A DNA stretch of 64,000 bases from Mustelus asterias (Eukaryota), in contig NW_027590186.1 of assembly GCF_964213995.1 (NCBI RefSeq), positions 62,001-126,000 of the forward strand, written 5' to 3'. Shown in pieces: positions 23,960-36,892 of the stretch. Below the pieces are notes generated by a model. That model saw nothing but the letters and a program-made list of their open reading frames with translations, was not told the origin of the DNA and ran no database searches. Each line of letters begins with the position of its first letter. The first letter of the stretch is position 1. Position numbers and translations under genes: made by a program.

Positions 23960-24480
23960 CAAAGGTGGACACTCCTGCGCCCCCTACAAACATGGCGATC
24001 GCACCTGCACCCTGCTGCACATTGCCCCTTACAAAGATGCCGGCCGCACATGCGCACTGATAGACATTGCCACCAACAGATTGGCGGCCGTCAGCCCAGG
24101 CCCAACACGACAAGTTGCGCCTCCAATTTGGTACCAACAGGGCGCCCGAGAAGTTATTTTCCGAAGTTTGGGTTGAACAACATGTTTACGAAGCCTCTCC
24201 ACCCACCCGCCACATTCATCGCTCTCCGCGCGCCGCCCTCTACCTTGAACTGATCTCGGCTCCGAGTTAAAACCGTCCGTCCACCGCCATTACCCACACT
24301 GCGCATGCTTCAGACCCCTCCCCTATTCACTCTGGTTGGAGGACCAGCCGCTCCTGCTCGGTCCCCCAGCCCCGCCCCCTTTTCCTAGTGGTCCAGAGCT
24401 GCCGTCAATCAGTCCCCGGGCATTGTGACGTTGGGCATGCGCAGTGCGGCTCATGTCCAGGGACAGGCGCTTGTTTGTCT
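23960..24480 (+). promoter_or_regulatory. CpG promoter cassette (copy 2), candidate promoter of ZNF-C
   Basis: 24200-24480 is a reverse-complement homologue of 6240-6524; inverted repeats at 24297-24309 and 24435-24446. Confidence 0.72.
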
Positions 24481-24694
24481 GATCTTCAGGCGGGAAGGAG
24501 GCGGATAAGCGGAGGCAGCGTTAGGGGCAGTGGGTGGGAGGGGAGGCTCCACACACCCAGTGGAGGCTTCAACACCCCCAATAAGGAACTAGCGGCACCG
24601 CCTCAACACCCAACACAACGGCAGCTGCAGCGCTTTCTCCCGGGGCCAGGCCCCACTGGACAAATGTGGCTTCAGGAAGGAAATGCAGCAATGG

Positions 24695-24888
24695 GTTTGA
24701 TTTGATTTATTGTCACATGTACTGGGATACAGTGAAAAGTATTGTTTCTTGCGCGGTATACAGATAAGTCATACTGTTCATAGAGTACATAGGGGAGTAG
24801 GAAAGGAGAGAGTGCAGAATATAGTGTTACAGTTACAGACAGGGTGAAGAGAAAGATCAGCTTAATATGAGGTAGGTCCATTCAAAAG
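24695..24888 (-). mobile_element. Rex1 3' end fragment
   Basis: Matches 13990-14160; (ATTTG)n tail. Confidence 0.8.
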
Positions 24889-24889
24889 G

Positions 24890-25168
24890 AGCAGGCTTTG
24901 GAGAGGGTACAGAAAAGATTTACCAGGATGTTGCCTGGTGTGGAGGACATTAGCTATGAGGAGAGGTTGGAGAAACTTGGTTTGTTCTCACTGGAACAAC
25001 GGAGGTTGAGGGGTGAACTGATAGAATTCTACAAGATTATGAGGGGCGTGGACAGAGTGGATAGTCAGAAGCTTTTTCCCAGGATGGAAGAGTCAATTAC
25101 TAGGGGGCATAGGTTTAAGGTGTGAGGGGCGAGGTTTAATGGAGATGTTTGAGGCAAGTTTTTTACAC
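24890..25168 (+). mobile_element. CR1 fragment
   Basis: ERVQKRFTRMLPG..SYEERLEKLGLFSLE. Confidence 0.8.
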
Positions 25169-25169
25169 A

Positions 25170-26155
25170 GTCATAGTCATAGAGGTTTACAGCATGGAAA
25201 CAGGTCCTTTGGCCAACTTGTCCATTAAGAAGTCTCACAACACCAGGTTAAAGTCCAACAGGTTTATTTGGTAGCAAATACCTGGTATTTGCTACCAAAT
25301 AAACCTGTTGGACTTTAACCTGGTGTTGTGAGACTTCTTACTGTGCTTACCCCAGTCCAACGCTGGCATCTCCACATCACAACTTGTCCATGCCACCCTT
25401 TTTTAAAAAACTTCTAAGCTAATCCCAATTGCCCGCATTTGGCCCATATCCCTCTATGCCCATTGTGCCCATGTAACTATCTAAATGCTTTTTAAAAGAC
25501 AAAATTGTACCGGCCTCTACTCCTAAGTCTGGCAGCTTGTTCCAGACACTCACCACCCTCTGTGTGAAAAAATTGCCCCTCTGGACACTTTTGTATCTCT
25601 CCCCTCTCTCCTTAAACCTATGCCCTCTAGTTTTAGACTCCCCTACCTTTGGGGAAAGATATTGACTATCGAGCTGATCTGTGCCCCTCATTGTTTTATA
25701 GACCTCTACAAGATCAACCCTCAGCCTCCGACGCTCCAGAGAAAAAAGTCCCAGTCTATCCAGTCTCTCCTTATAACTCAATCCATCAAGTCCTGGTCGC
25801 ATCCTAGTAAATCTTTTCTGCACTCTTTCTAGTTTAATAATATCCTTTCTATAATAGGGTGACCAGAATTACACACAGTATTCCAAGTGTGGCCTTACCA
25901 ATGTCTTGTACAACTTCAACAAAACATTCCAACTCCTGTATTCAGTGTTCTGACCGATGAAACCAAGCATGCCGAATCCCTTCTTCACCACTCTGTCCAT
26001 CTGTGACTCAATTTTCAAGGAGCTATGAACATGTACCCCAAGATCTCTTTGTTCTGTAACTCTCCCCAACGCCCTACCATTAACTGAGTAAGTCCTGCCC
26101 TGGTTCAATCTACCAAAATGCATCACCTCGCATTTGTCTAAATTAAACTCCACCC
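25170..26155 (-). mobile_element. CR1 LINE 3' part, interrupted by a fold-back insertion
   Basis: ORFs 25869..26159 and 25419..25823. Confidence 0.88.
25226..25379. mobile_element. Penelope-derived fold-back insertion containing a perfect 115-bp palindrome
   Basis: 57-bp arms 25226-25282 and 25284-25340; TSD CAACTTGTCCAT. Confidence 0.85.
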
Positions 26156-26629
26156 GCAAGTGGTTCTGATGTTACAGAAAAATAACTTGGCAATAATAGT
26201 CAATTACAGCAAATCAGAAACCAGGAATGTTTCTAATCCTTCATTGACGGACATATTTGCCAATTAAATCTGAGCTTTTTGCCCTTTCGCATTCGATGAA
26301 AAATTGACTGCTGCTAATCCTTTATTTGCATAGCATATCCCCATATCTCGCCTTTGGTATTTGCTATGGAGAAATCTGGTCTTGCTCACCCTCTGATGAA
26401 GGCCGAAAAGCAGAATGTTCTGGGGCCTACGTCGGTGAAGATTAGCCTGTTCATGCTGAAATAGCAGACACTGACTCCTTTGAAGGTCTGCAAGCCGATA
26501 AACATTTTCACTCGCTGTTGAAGAGAAGGCAGGAAACTTTAATCTGAGCATTTCCACATAGTCAGCCCTGCTTCGTGCATGTGTTAGAGTGGGCCAAGGC
26601 TGAGGCAGCTGTCCTATATATATTTATAG

Positions 26630-26810
26630 AGAGAGAATAGACTAACATTCGAGTCTGGATGACCCTTTGTCAGAACTCTGATGAAGGGCCATCCAGACTT
26701 TAAATGTTGGCTCCATTCTCTCTCCACAGATGCTGTCAGACCTGCTGACATTTTCCAGCATTCTCTGTTTTTGTTTCAGATTCCAGCATCCGCAATATTT
26801 TGCTTTTATA
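26630..26810 (+). mobile_element. Penelope-like terminal fragment (family 2) with short inversion
   Basis: CTCTGATGAAGGG..CTCTCCACAGATGCTGTCAGACCTGCTGA preceded by an inverted partial copy. Confidence 0.55.
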
Positions 26811-27864
26811 TGTATTTATATATCCAAATGTGCTATGTTAACAAAATGGACAGTTACTAACCGAAGTATAAAGCATTATGTGATTTAGCTGACTTGACCA
26901 TAATCCTATAGTTATTCAGTCATTAAAGACACAGTCATGGAGCATTAAACTTGCTGAGCAGGGCCCCTTGTATCAACACACAGGCAGCTGCTTTGTGAGA
27001 CTGCGAGCAGAACAGACAAGTCAGAGATAAGAGTGTCTTGAGAAGAGAGATTCATTGTGAAGGATCAGGGACAGTTGATAAGATGTAGGAATTCTATGAT
27101 TCTAATGAACATTCTTTCCTCTCTCATTCCCCAACAGCTGTAAATCTCCATCCCACACACTCTCCCTCCATTCTCACTCTGCTGTATCTAATATTCACCC
27201 TCCCAATTCTCCTGAAGGTGCTGATTGAGGCTGATTGACAGATCCATGCTCACTGCTTCCTCTCCACCACACACAAATCATAAGAAACAGGAGCTGCAGT
27301 TGGCCATTCAGCCCATCGAACTGCCTCAACCATTCATTGAGAATTGGCTGATCTACCGCAGCATCATTTCCCACGCTATCCCCCAGATAGAGAGAGAATA
27401 GAGCCAATGTTTCGAGTCTGGAGAGAGGAAAGAATGTTCCATAGAAACTAGAATTGTGTGTTCTGAATTTCTATCCTGCACTGACACTGATGATCTCTGT
27501 AAACTTGTTTTACAGGATACTGAAAGAGGAATCACAGGCCGAAATCTCAAACGTCACATCTAGATCTGACAGTCATATTCCTTGGGACCTGAATATTATC
27601 GGCCTTTGTATCTTGAAGGAGAAATTGTTGTCTGGGCTGTCAGTTTGAAAAGATTTCAAATGTCAGTGTGACTGGAAAAGCAGCAACACACTGCCACACT
27701 AGAGTGAGAGTGTTCCAGTGCCCTGACTAAAGAGCTTTAACCAGTTACACAGCCTGAATAAATATCACACCATTCACAGCGGGGAGAGACTGTACCCGTG
27801 TTCTGTGTGTGGACAAGGCTTCAACTGATTGTCCACCCAAGAGAGAGGCAAGGACACCTGCACC

Positions 27865-28623
27865 ATGGAGAAACCATGGAAATGTGCGGACTGTGGGAAG
27901 AGATACGGAGCCCCTTCAGAGCTGGAAGTTCATCGGCGCAGCCACACTGGGGAGAAGCCATTCATCTGCTCTCAGTGTGAGAAGGGATTCAGTCAGTTAT
28001 CCAACCTGCAGAGACACCAGCGAGTTCACACTGGGGAGAGACTGTTCACCTGCTCTCAGTGTGAGAAGGGATTCAGTCAGTTATCTGGCCTGCAGGCACA
28101 CCAGCGAGTTCACACTGGGGAGAGGCCGTTCACCTGCTCTCAGTGTGGGAAGGGATTCACTGATTTATCCACCCTGCTGACACACCAGCGAGTTCACACT
28201 GGGGAGAGACCGTTCACCTGCCCTCAGTGTGGGAAAGGGTTCAGTCGATTATCTAACCTGCAGATGCACCTGCGTGTTCACACTGGGGAGAGGCCGTTCA
28301 CCTGCTCTCAGTGTGAGAAGGGATTCAGTCAGTTATCCAGCCTGCTGACACACCAGCGAGTTCACACTGGGGAGAGGCCATTCACCTGCTCTCAGTGTGG
28401 GAAGGGATTCACTGATTTATCCACCCTGCGTAGACACCAGCGAGTTCACACTGGGGAGAGGCCGTTCACCTGCTCTCAGTGTGGGAAGGGGTTCAGTCAA
28501 TTATCTGACCTGCAGATACACCAGCGAGTTCACACTGGGGAGAGGCCGTTCACCTGCTCTCAGTGTGGGAAGGGATTCAAAGTTTCATCCCGGCTGCTGA
28601 GACACCAAAAAGTTCATGAATGA
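27865..28623 (+). CDS. C2H2 zinc-finger protein ZNF-C, 252 aa, 9 fingers
   Basis: Kozak CACCATGG at 27865; acceptor TTTTACAG|G at 27515/27516; homogeneous 84-bp repeats; paralog of ZNF-B. Confidence 0.88.
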   Translation: MEKPWKCADCGKRYGAPSELEVHRRSHTGEKPFICSQCEKGFSQLSNLQRHQRVHTGERLFTCSQCEKGFSQLSGLQAHQRVHTGERPFTCSQCGKGFTDLSTLLTHQRVHTGERPFTCPQCGKGFSRLSNLQMHLRVHTGERPFTCSQCEKGFSQLSSLLTHQRVHTGERPFTCSQCGKGFTDLSTLRRHQRVHTGERPFTCSQCGKGFSQLSDLQIHQRVHTGERPFTCSQCGKGFKVSSRLLRHQKVHE

Positions 28624-28856
28624 TTCCAGGGGTTGGATTCTGCTGTTATTGTTTCTGCTCTCAATTACACCCAGGACTGCATTTTGTTCATTCTCACAGT
28701 TGGTCAATGGGGAGGGGCGGAGGGTTTCTTTCTGCTGGACTGGCCGGTCTCATGACTTTGCCCCCAGTGGGCTGATGCTCTTTGAGCCTCGTTGCGAATA
28801 CCTGGTTTCAGATTTCACAAGGATCACAGAGTGACAGGGTGTGAGGAAGTTCAGAG
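28620..28856 (+). repeat. ZNF 3' UTR block nearly identical to 8955-9192 (inverted) and related to 63680-63835
   Basis: Track ORFs 28616..28834 and 8979..9203 differ at only a few residues. Confidence 0.9.
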
Positions 28857-29274
28857 AGGGCAATGGACAGCAGGGCGGTGGCCATCTTTATAGGGGGCAA
28901 TGGGCAACAGGACGCATGTGCAGCCGCCACCTCTATAGGAGGCAGTGGGCATTGATTCCAGAAGTTAGTTCCTGGCCTCCAGAATTGGTCCCTTTCCATT
29001 AAGCCACAGAAACATTGAATTATTGCACTACAGAAAATGACTAACCAGTCACGCATGTGCTGGTTCTCTGCAAGGAAATCAGCTCATCCCACTACCCTGT
29101 CTTTTCACTAACAAGACCAACAGAAAATATTTCCCATCCCCAATTACCTGTGGAGAAGATTATGTTTTATCTTCTTGATCAGCTGCAGTCCATGTGGTGA
29201 AGGTGCTCCCCTTTAGGTCAAGAGTTACAGGCTATTCACCCAGTGATGAAGAAGGGACAGTGATACATCTCCAA

Positions 29275-29840
29275 ATCAATAATTACAATGTGTATTTATA
29301 CAGCATCTTTCATGTACTGGAACTTCTGAGGCATTTCTCAGGTGTGATATAAAGCAACATTTGACATAGAGTCATGTGAGCAGACATGAGGGTGGATGGG
29401 TAAAGGCTTGGTTAAAGAGGTAGTTTTAATGAGTATCTTAAAGGGGGGAAGGATGATAGAGAGGGGGAGCAGTTTAGGGGGAAATTCCAAAGATTATGGC
29501 CTTGGTAACTGGGAGTGCGGACACGTATGATGGAGTGATTAAAACTGTGAATGCTGAGGAAGCCGGAATGAAAGGAATGCAGAGATATTGGAGGGTTGTG
29601 AGGCGAGAGGAGATTACAGAGATAGGGAGGGGTGAAACCATGGAGGGACTTGAGAACAAGGATGAGAAATTTAAAATGTTGATTCGTAAACAGGAGCCTT
29701 TGTAGCACAGGGGTGATGGGTGAACAAGATCTGGAATGAGTAAACACGTGGGCAGCAGAATTGTGATGACCTCAAGTTAATAGACAGGTTGAGTGAGGGA
29801 GACCGGCCAGGGGTGTGTTAGAATTATTAAGTCTAATGGT
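29275..29840 (-). mobile_element. L2-type LINE 3' fragment
   Basis: SPITPVLQRL..FKFLILVLKSLHGFTPPYLCNLL. Confidence 0.7.
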
Positions 29841-29849
29841 AACAAGCAC

Positions 29850-32385
29850 TCAGATCCTGCATGGATCAGCTGGCCGGGGTATTCGCAGACATCATCAACC
29901 TCTCTTTACAACAATCTGAGGTCCTATCTGCTTCAAGAAGATGACCATCATCCCGGTACCAAAGAAAAGCCAAGCAGCGTGCCTTAATGACTTCCATCCG
30001 GTGGGTCTAACATCCATCATTATGAAGTGCTTCGAAAGGTTAGTCATGGCACGAATCAATTCCAGCCTCTCGGACTGCCTGGATCCAATACAGTTCGCCT
30101 ACCGCCCAACAAGTCCACAGCAGATGCCAATTCCTTGGCCCTGCACTCAACCATGGAACACCTAGATTACAAAGACACCTATGTCAGACTCCTATTTATT
30201 GACTACAGTTCAGCCTTCAACATCATTATCCCCACGAAACTCACCTCCAAACTCCGTGGCCTGGGCTTGGCACCTTCCTCTGCAACTGGATCCTGAACTT
30301 CCTAACCAACAGACCACAATCAGTAAGGATAGGCAACAACACCTCCTCCATGATCATCCTCAACACCGATGCCCCACAAGGCTGTGTTCTCAGCCCTTAC
30401 TATACTCCTTATACACCTATGATTGTGTGGCCAAATTTCCCTCCAACTCGATTTTCAAGTTTGCTGGTGACACCACCGTAGTGGGTCGGATCTCCAACAA
30501 TGACGAGACAGAGAACAGGAATGAGATAGAGAATCTGGTGAAATGGTGCGGCAACAATAATCTCTCCCTCAATGTCAACAAAATGAAGGAGATTGCCATC
30601 GACTTAAGGAAACATAGTGGAGAACGTGTCCTGTCTACATCAACGGGGATGAAGTAGAAATGGTCGAAAGCTTCATGTTTTTAGGTGCCCAGATCATTAA
30701 CAACCTGTCCTGGTCCCCCCAAGCCAACACTATAGTTAAGAAAGCCCACCAACGCCTCTACTTTCTCAGAAGACTAAGGAAAACCTCACGGGATCCAGGG
30801 TGAGGTAGCTAAATGGATACAAAATTGGCTTGATGACAGAAACCAGAGGGTGGTTGTAAAGGGTTGTTTTTCAAACTGGAGACCTGTGACCAGCGGAGTG
30901 CCTCAAGTACCGGTGCTGGGTCCACTGTTATTTGTCATTTATATTAATGATTTGGATGAGAATATAGGAGGCGTGGTTTGTAAGTTTGCAGATGACACCA
31001 AGATTGGTGGCATAGTGGACAGTGAAGAAGGTTATCTCGGATTGCAACGGGATCTTGATCAATTAGGTCAGTGAGCTGACGAATGGCAGATGGAGTTTAA
31101 TTTAGATAAATGTGAGGTATTGAATTTTGGTCGATTGAACCAGGGCAGGACTTACTCAGTTAATGGTAGGCCATTGGGGAGAGTTACAGAACAAAGAGAT
31201 CCAGAGGTACAGATTCATAGCTCATTGACAGTGGAGTCACAGGAGGACAGAGTGGTGAAGAAGGCATTCATCATGCTTGGTTTCATTGGTCAGAACATTG
31301 AATACAGGAGTTGTTGAAGTTGGACACGACATTGGTAAGGCCACACTTGGAATACTGTGTTCAGTTCTGGTCACCCTATTATAGAAAGGATATTATTAAA
31401 CTAGAAGAGTGCAGAAGAGATTTACTGGGATGCTACCGGGACTTGATGGTTTGAGTTATAAGGAGAGGCTGGATAGACTGGGACTTTTTTTCTCTGGAGC
31501 ATAGAAGACTGAGGGGTGATTTTATAGAGGTCTATAAAATAATGAGAGGCATCAATCAGCTGGATAGTCAATATCTTTTCCCAAAGGTAGGGGAGTCTAA
31601 AACTAGACGGCATAGGTTTAAGGTGAGAGGGGAGAGATACAAAAGGATCTAGAGGGGCAAAGTGTCTGGAACAAGCTGCCAGAGGTAGTAGTAGAGGTGG
31701 GTACAATTTTGTCTTTTAAAAAACGTTTAGACGGTTACATGGGTAAGATGGGTACAGAGGGATATGGGCCAAATGCGGGCAATTGGGACTAGCTTGGGGG
31801 TTTAAAAAAAAAGCGCAGCATGGACAAGTTGGGCCTCAGGGCCTGTTTCCTTGCTGTAAACCTCTATGACTCTATGAAATTTGGCATGTTAGCTATGACT
31901 CTCTCCAACTTTTACAGAAGCACCATAGAAAGCATTAGCATCAGCTTGGTATGGCTCCTGCTCTGCCCAAGACCGCAAAGAACTACAGAAGGTCGTGAAT
32001 GTAGCCCAATCCATCACTCAAACCAGCCTCCCATCCATTGACTCTGTCTACATTTCCTGCTGCCTTGCTAAAGCAGCCGGCATAATCAAGGACCCCACAC
32101 ACCCCGGACATTCTGTCTTTCACCTTCTTCCGTCAGGAAAAAGATACAAAAGTCTGAGGTCACGTACCGACCGACTCAAGGACAGCTTCTTCCCTGCTGC
32201 CATCAGACTTTTGAATGGACCTACGTTGCATTAAGTTGATCTTTCTCGACACCCTAGCTATGACTGTAGCACTACAGTCTCATTTCCTTCTCTATGAACG
32301 GTATGCTTTGTCTGTATAGCGCGCAGGAAACAATACTTTTCACTGTATGTTAATACATGTGACAATAATAAATCAAATCAAAACA
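29850..32385 (+). mobile_element. Second Rex1 LINE (29850-30783 and 31876-32385), split by a CR1 insertion
   Basis: Colinear with 12725-14160; ...CTAAGGAAA resumes as GAAATTTGGC at 31876. Confidence 0.88.
30784..31875 (+). mobile_element. CR1 LINE nested inside Rex1
   Basis: RT motifs in 30850..31074 and 31090..31317; tail CTCTATGACTCTAT. Confidence 0.88.
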
Positions 32386-32879
32386 AAACAAAGGAATGGG
32401 TGATGGTTTCAGCCGCAGATGAACTGAGAGTAGACTGGAGTTGGGTGATGTTACTGAGGTGGAACTGGTCTTGGTAATGATGTGGATTTGTGGTCAGATT
32501 CTCAGGTTGGGTGAAATATTTTGCTCTGGTTGTGGCTCAGTCTCAGACAGTTTCCGAGGAGAGGGATGGAGTCAATGGGTAGAATTTGTAGCAGAGAGCG
32601 GTGACAATAACTGCAGTTTTCCCAGGATTAAAATGGAGGAAAATTCTAGCCCAGAGCTGGAGAGCTTTTTCAGGGAATCAAAGGATTCGGGGAGGGGGTG
32701 GGAAATTGGCGCTAAAAGCAGCTCAATTTAACAATCTGCATTTCTGTTTTTGAGAGTTCTCTCTCACTCCCTTTTTTCTGTTTTAAATCAGTTTCACAGG
32801 GCATTAGAAGGGGAAGATTTGCAGTCAGGGAAACAAACCAAACATCACATCAGGATCTGAATATCATCGGGTTTTTAAC

Positions 32880-33833
32880 ATGCAAGAAAACAGCAATGTT
32901 CACAGTGTAGATAAACCGTGGAAATCTGGGGACTGTGAGCAGGGATTCAGATCCCCGTCTGAGCTGGAAACTCATCAGCCCTGTCACGCTGGGGAGAGGC
33001 CATTCACCTGCCCTGAGTGTGGGAAGGGATTCACTTGGTCATCCAACCTGTTGAGGCACCAGCGTGTTCATAATGGGCAGAAGCCATTCACCTGTCCCGA
33101 GTGTGGGAAGGGATTCACTCGATCATCTGGGCTGCAACAACACCACCGAGTTCACACAGGGGAGAGGCCATTCACCTGCTCCAAGTGTGGGAAGGGATTT
33201 ACTGATTCATCCACTCTGCTGAAACATCAGCAAGTTCACACTGATGAGAGACCATTTAAATGCCTGGACTGTGGGAAGTGCTATAAAAGTTCTCAGAACC
33301 TAATGCGACATCAGCATGTTCACACTGAGGAGAGACCCTTCAGATGCTCTCACTGTGAGACTGGGTTCAGACAATCATCTGAACTCACTGCACATCAGCG
33401 AATTCACACTGGGGAGAAGCCGTTCATCTGTTTCAAATGTGGGAAGAGATTCACTCGATCATCAGGGCTTCTACAACACCATCGAGTTCACACATGGGAG
33501 AGACCTTTTAAATGTGCTGACTGTGAGAAATGCTATAAAGGTTCTGTGGACCTGATGCGCCATCAGCTTGTTCACACTGACGAGAGACCGTTCAGGTGCT
33601 CTCACTGCGGAACTGGGTTTAGACAATTATGTCAACTGACTGCACACCAGCGGGTTCACACTGGGGAGAAGCCGTTCATCTGTTTGCAGTGTGAGAAAGG
33701 ATTCACTCAATCAGCCACCCTGCAGAGACACCAGCGAGTTCACACTGGGGAGAGACCATTCACCTGCTCTCAGTGTGGGAAGAGATTCACTCGCTCATCC
33801 ACCCTGATGAGTCACCAGCGAGTTCACAAATAA
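32880..33833 (+). CDS. C2H2 zinc-finger protein ZNF-D, 317 aa, 10 intact fingers and 1 degenerate finger
   Basis: Open ORF with TGERP/TDERP linkers; acceptor TTTCACAG near 32799. Confidence 0.87.
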   Translation: MQENSNVHSVDKPWKSGDCEQGFRSPSELETHQPCHAGERPFTCPECGKGFTWSSNLLRHQRVHNGQKPFTCPECGKGFTRSSGLQQHHRVHTGERPFTCSKCGKGFTDSSTLLKHQQVHTDERPFKCLDCGKCYKSSQNLMRHQHVHTEERPFRCSHCETGFRQSSELTAHQRIHTGEKPFICFKCGKRFTRSSGLLQHHRVHTWERPFKCADCEKCYKGSVDLMRHQLVHTDERPFRCSHCGTGFRQLCQLTAHQRVHTGEKPFICLQCEKGFTQSATLQRHQRVHTGERPFTCSQCGKRFTRSSTLMSHQRVHK

Positions 33834-34227
33834 TCAGTGACTGGATTTTACTGTAAATCACATCCAGGAATGAACTATGTTCATTGACGTCCATTTCTAC
33901 TGATATGTCAAGAAAATCTGAGAAATTAAAATATTTTTTGTGGGTAATTTCTGATTTTTTTTAAACGGGTGAAGTGAGTGGTAATTAGAAAAGGAGACAG
34001 AATGTCTGTGTGAATTTAAACTGTGAGGATTTTTTATGCATTTGTGGGACATGGGCGTCACTGCATGGCCAGCATTTATTGCCCATCCCCAGTTACCATC
34101 GAACTGAGTGGCTCACTAGGCCATTTCAGAAGGCAGTTGAGAGTCAGCCACAATGCTATGGCTCTGGAGTCACATGTCGGCCAGACCAGGTAAGGACAGC
34201 AGGTTTCCTTCCCCAAACAGACATTCA

Positions 34228-34505
34228 TGGGGTGGCACAGTGGTTAACACTGTTGCCTCACAGCGCCAGGGACCCGGGTTCGATTCCCGGCTTGGGTCAC
34301 TGTCTGTGTGGAGTTTGCACGTTCTCTGCGTGTCTGCATGGGTTTCCTCCGGGTGCTCCAGTTTCCTCCCACAGTCTGAAAGACATGCTGGTTCGGTGTA
34401 TTGACTCGAACAAATACTGGAGTGTGGCAACCAGGGGAATTTCACAGTAACTTCACTGCACTGTTAATGTAAGCCTACTTGTGACTAATAAATAAACTTT
34501 ACTTT
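34228..34505 (+). mobile_element. V-SINE-type SINE
   Basis: A box, GGGTTCGATTCCC B box, core, tail AATAAACTTTACTTT. Confidence 0.85.
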
Positions 34506-36358
34506 TTGCTTTACTGAACCAAATGGTTTTTTTCTGACAATTGACAATGGTTTCATGGTCAGCAGTAGATTCTTAATTCTGATTTTTTAAATTGAATTCA
34601 ATTATTTTTATTGAATTAAATGTACGAGGCAAGTTTTTTTTTACAAAGAGTGGCAGGTGCCTGGAACTCGCTGCCGGGGGAGGTAGTGGAAGCAGATATG
34701 ATAGTGACTTTTAAGGGACACCTGGACAAATGCATGAATAAAAGGATATGGTCCCCAGAGGTCTTTTTAGTTCAGACGGGCAGCATAATCAGTGCAGGCT
34801 TGGAGGGCCAAAGGGCCTGTTCCTGTGCTATAATTTTCTTTTTTCTTGTTCTTTGTTCAAATTACACCACTTGCTGTGGTGGGATTTGAACCCGGTCCCC
34901 AGAACATTAGCGGAGCTTATGGATTAAGTCTAGGGATAATACCATTGGGCCATCACCTCCCACCTGGAACAAAACTGTTTTCACTACTCAGGCTCTGCTG
35001 TGATGTAATAGTCTCTATGACATCATCACAGCAGGACTGGATGACATCATCAGAGTCCATTGTTTCTGAATGATCCACATCAATAACAACAGGAAATACT
35101 CATCAAGCTGAGCACATTATCTAGGCTGACACTGCAGTCTGACATTGAGGGACTGCTGCACTCTGACACACACTGTCCTTCACATGGAGCTTGTGGCGCA
35201 CTGGCCAGAACCTTCCAATCCTTATCGAGTCGTGGTGACAAAGGACAGAGTGTGTAAATGTTACATCCCTGTTCAAAAACACAGCAATTACAGAACAATC
35301 AGCTTAACATCAGCGGTGGGGAAAAGCCAATAATCTGGGACACAATCAACTGATACTTGGAAAAGTATGGATTATAATTTCCAGTATTTTGTGTTTTTAA
35401 ATCTTGAAAACTTCCCTGGATCTCAAGGCTGGGAGAGACACTCTGAAAGGTATCGGGAGCTGGGACTTGTCCATGATGAGAAACAATACTTTTCACTTTA
35501 TGCTAATACTTGTGACAATAATAAATCAAATTTTAAAAAATGAGTGTAACTGAAATAATCTAGAGTTAGAAAGGAGAAAAGATCCAAAAAACAGAACAGT
35601 CAGTAGCAGGACATCAATTAATCTCCTATCCTGAGAAATCAAGGATTTAACACACCGTGTGTTTGAAACAAAGCTGATTTATTTAACAGATGTCAGAATA
35701 TTAAGTTCCAGGTCAGGTAGAGATTAACATCTGAAGAAATAAATGTTAATTGTCTGATTGAAGATGGTCGAGAGGAGATTGATACAGGTATTCAAGATCC
35801 TGAGGAGTTGGGCAGGTGAAATAGTGAGAAAATGTTCCCACCAAGAGAACGTCAAGAACTAGAGGGCACAGACCTACCTTAATGGGGAAAACAGAGTCAA
35901 ACTGATGTGAGGAAAATTATTTTCACCTAGTGGGTGGTTGGAGTCTGGAATAAACTTCCTGTGAGAGCAGTGGAGGCAGGTTTGATCAAGGTACTCAAAA
36001 GAGAATTGGATTGTTATCTGAAAAGAAAGAGTGTGCAAGGTTACAGGGGTATGGCAGGGGAATGGGATTAAGCTCTTTCAGTGAGCCAGTGCAGACTTGA
36101 TGGGCTGAATGGCCTCTTTCTGTACTGTAAAGAATCTGTGATGAGAATTCCTGAATGATGGGGAAAGATCACAAACAGTGGTTCTTAAAGGGAAACTGCA
36201 ACCCCAAAAACACACTCAGCTCTAGATTGAGAATATTAACCTGCAGCCCACCTACGGGGATTATTAACATCAGCAGAAACAAACCTCAAATGTCAATGAA
36301 TGTGGCTCACTCCTGGATGATTAACAGCAGCAAGTACAGCAGAATCCACTCCCTGCAC

Positions 36359-36892
36359 TCACTCGTGAAGTCGCTGGTGTGTCACCAGGTGGGAGGAGGT
36401 AGTGAATCCCTTCCCACACTCTGAGCAGGTGAATGGTCTCTCCCCAGTGTGAAGTCGCTGATGTGCTTTGAGGCTGGATGAATGTCTGAAGCTCTTTCCA
36501 CAGTCAGTGCAGCTGAACGGCCTCTCCTCAGTGTGAACTCTCTGGTGTGTCACGAGGTTGGATGAATTAATGAATCGCTTTCCACACACGGAGCAGGTGA
36601 ACGGCCTCTCCCCAGTATGAATTCTCCGGTGTAATTGTAGGTTATACATCTGGACGAATCCCTTCCCACACACAGAGCAAGTGTACGGTCTCTCTCCAGT
36701 GTGAACTCGCTGGTGTAATGTTAGGCAGGATGATTGAGTAAATTCCTTCCAACACACGGGGCAGGTGAAGGGCCTCTCCCCAGTGTGGGTGCGTCGATGA
36801 GTTTCCAGTTTGGATGGGCAAGTGAATGCTTTCCCACAGTCCACACATATCCACGGTTTTTCTATGGTGTCAATATCATCATGTCTCTCCAT
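36359..36892 (-). CDS. C2H2 zinc-finger protein ZNF-E, 177 aa, 6 fingers
   Basis: Open ORF; the family start ATG is ATA here (IEKPW) and an ATG 9 codons upstream is in frame. Confidence 0.78.
   Translation of the reverse strand: MERHDDIDTIEKPWICVDCGKAFTCPSKLETHRRTHTGERPFTCPVCWKEFTQSSCLTLHQRVHTGERPYTCSVCGKGFVQMYNLQLHRRIHTGERPFTCSVCGKRFINSSNLVTHQRVHTEERPFSCTDCGKSFRHSSSLKAHQRLHTGERPFTCSECGKGFTTSSHLVTHQRLHE

Noticed and set aside
26393-26408. CTGATGAAGGCCGAAA as a hammerhead
   Set aside because: No convincing stems I/III or cleavage triplet
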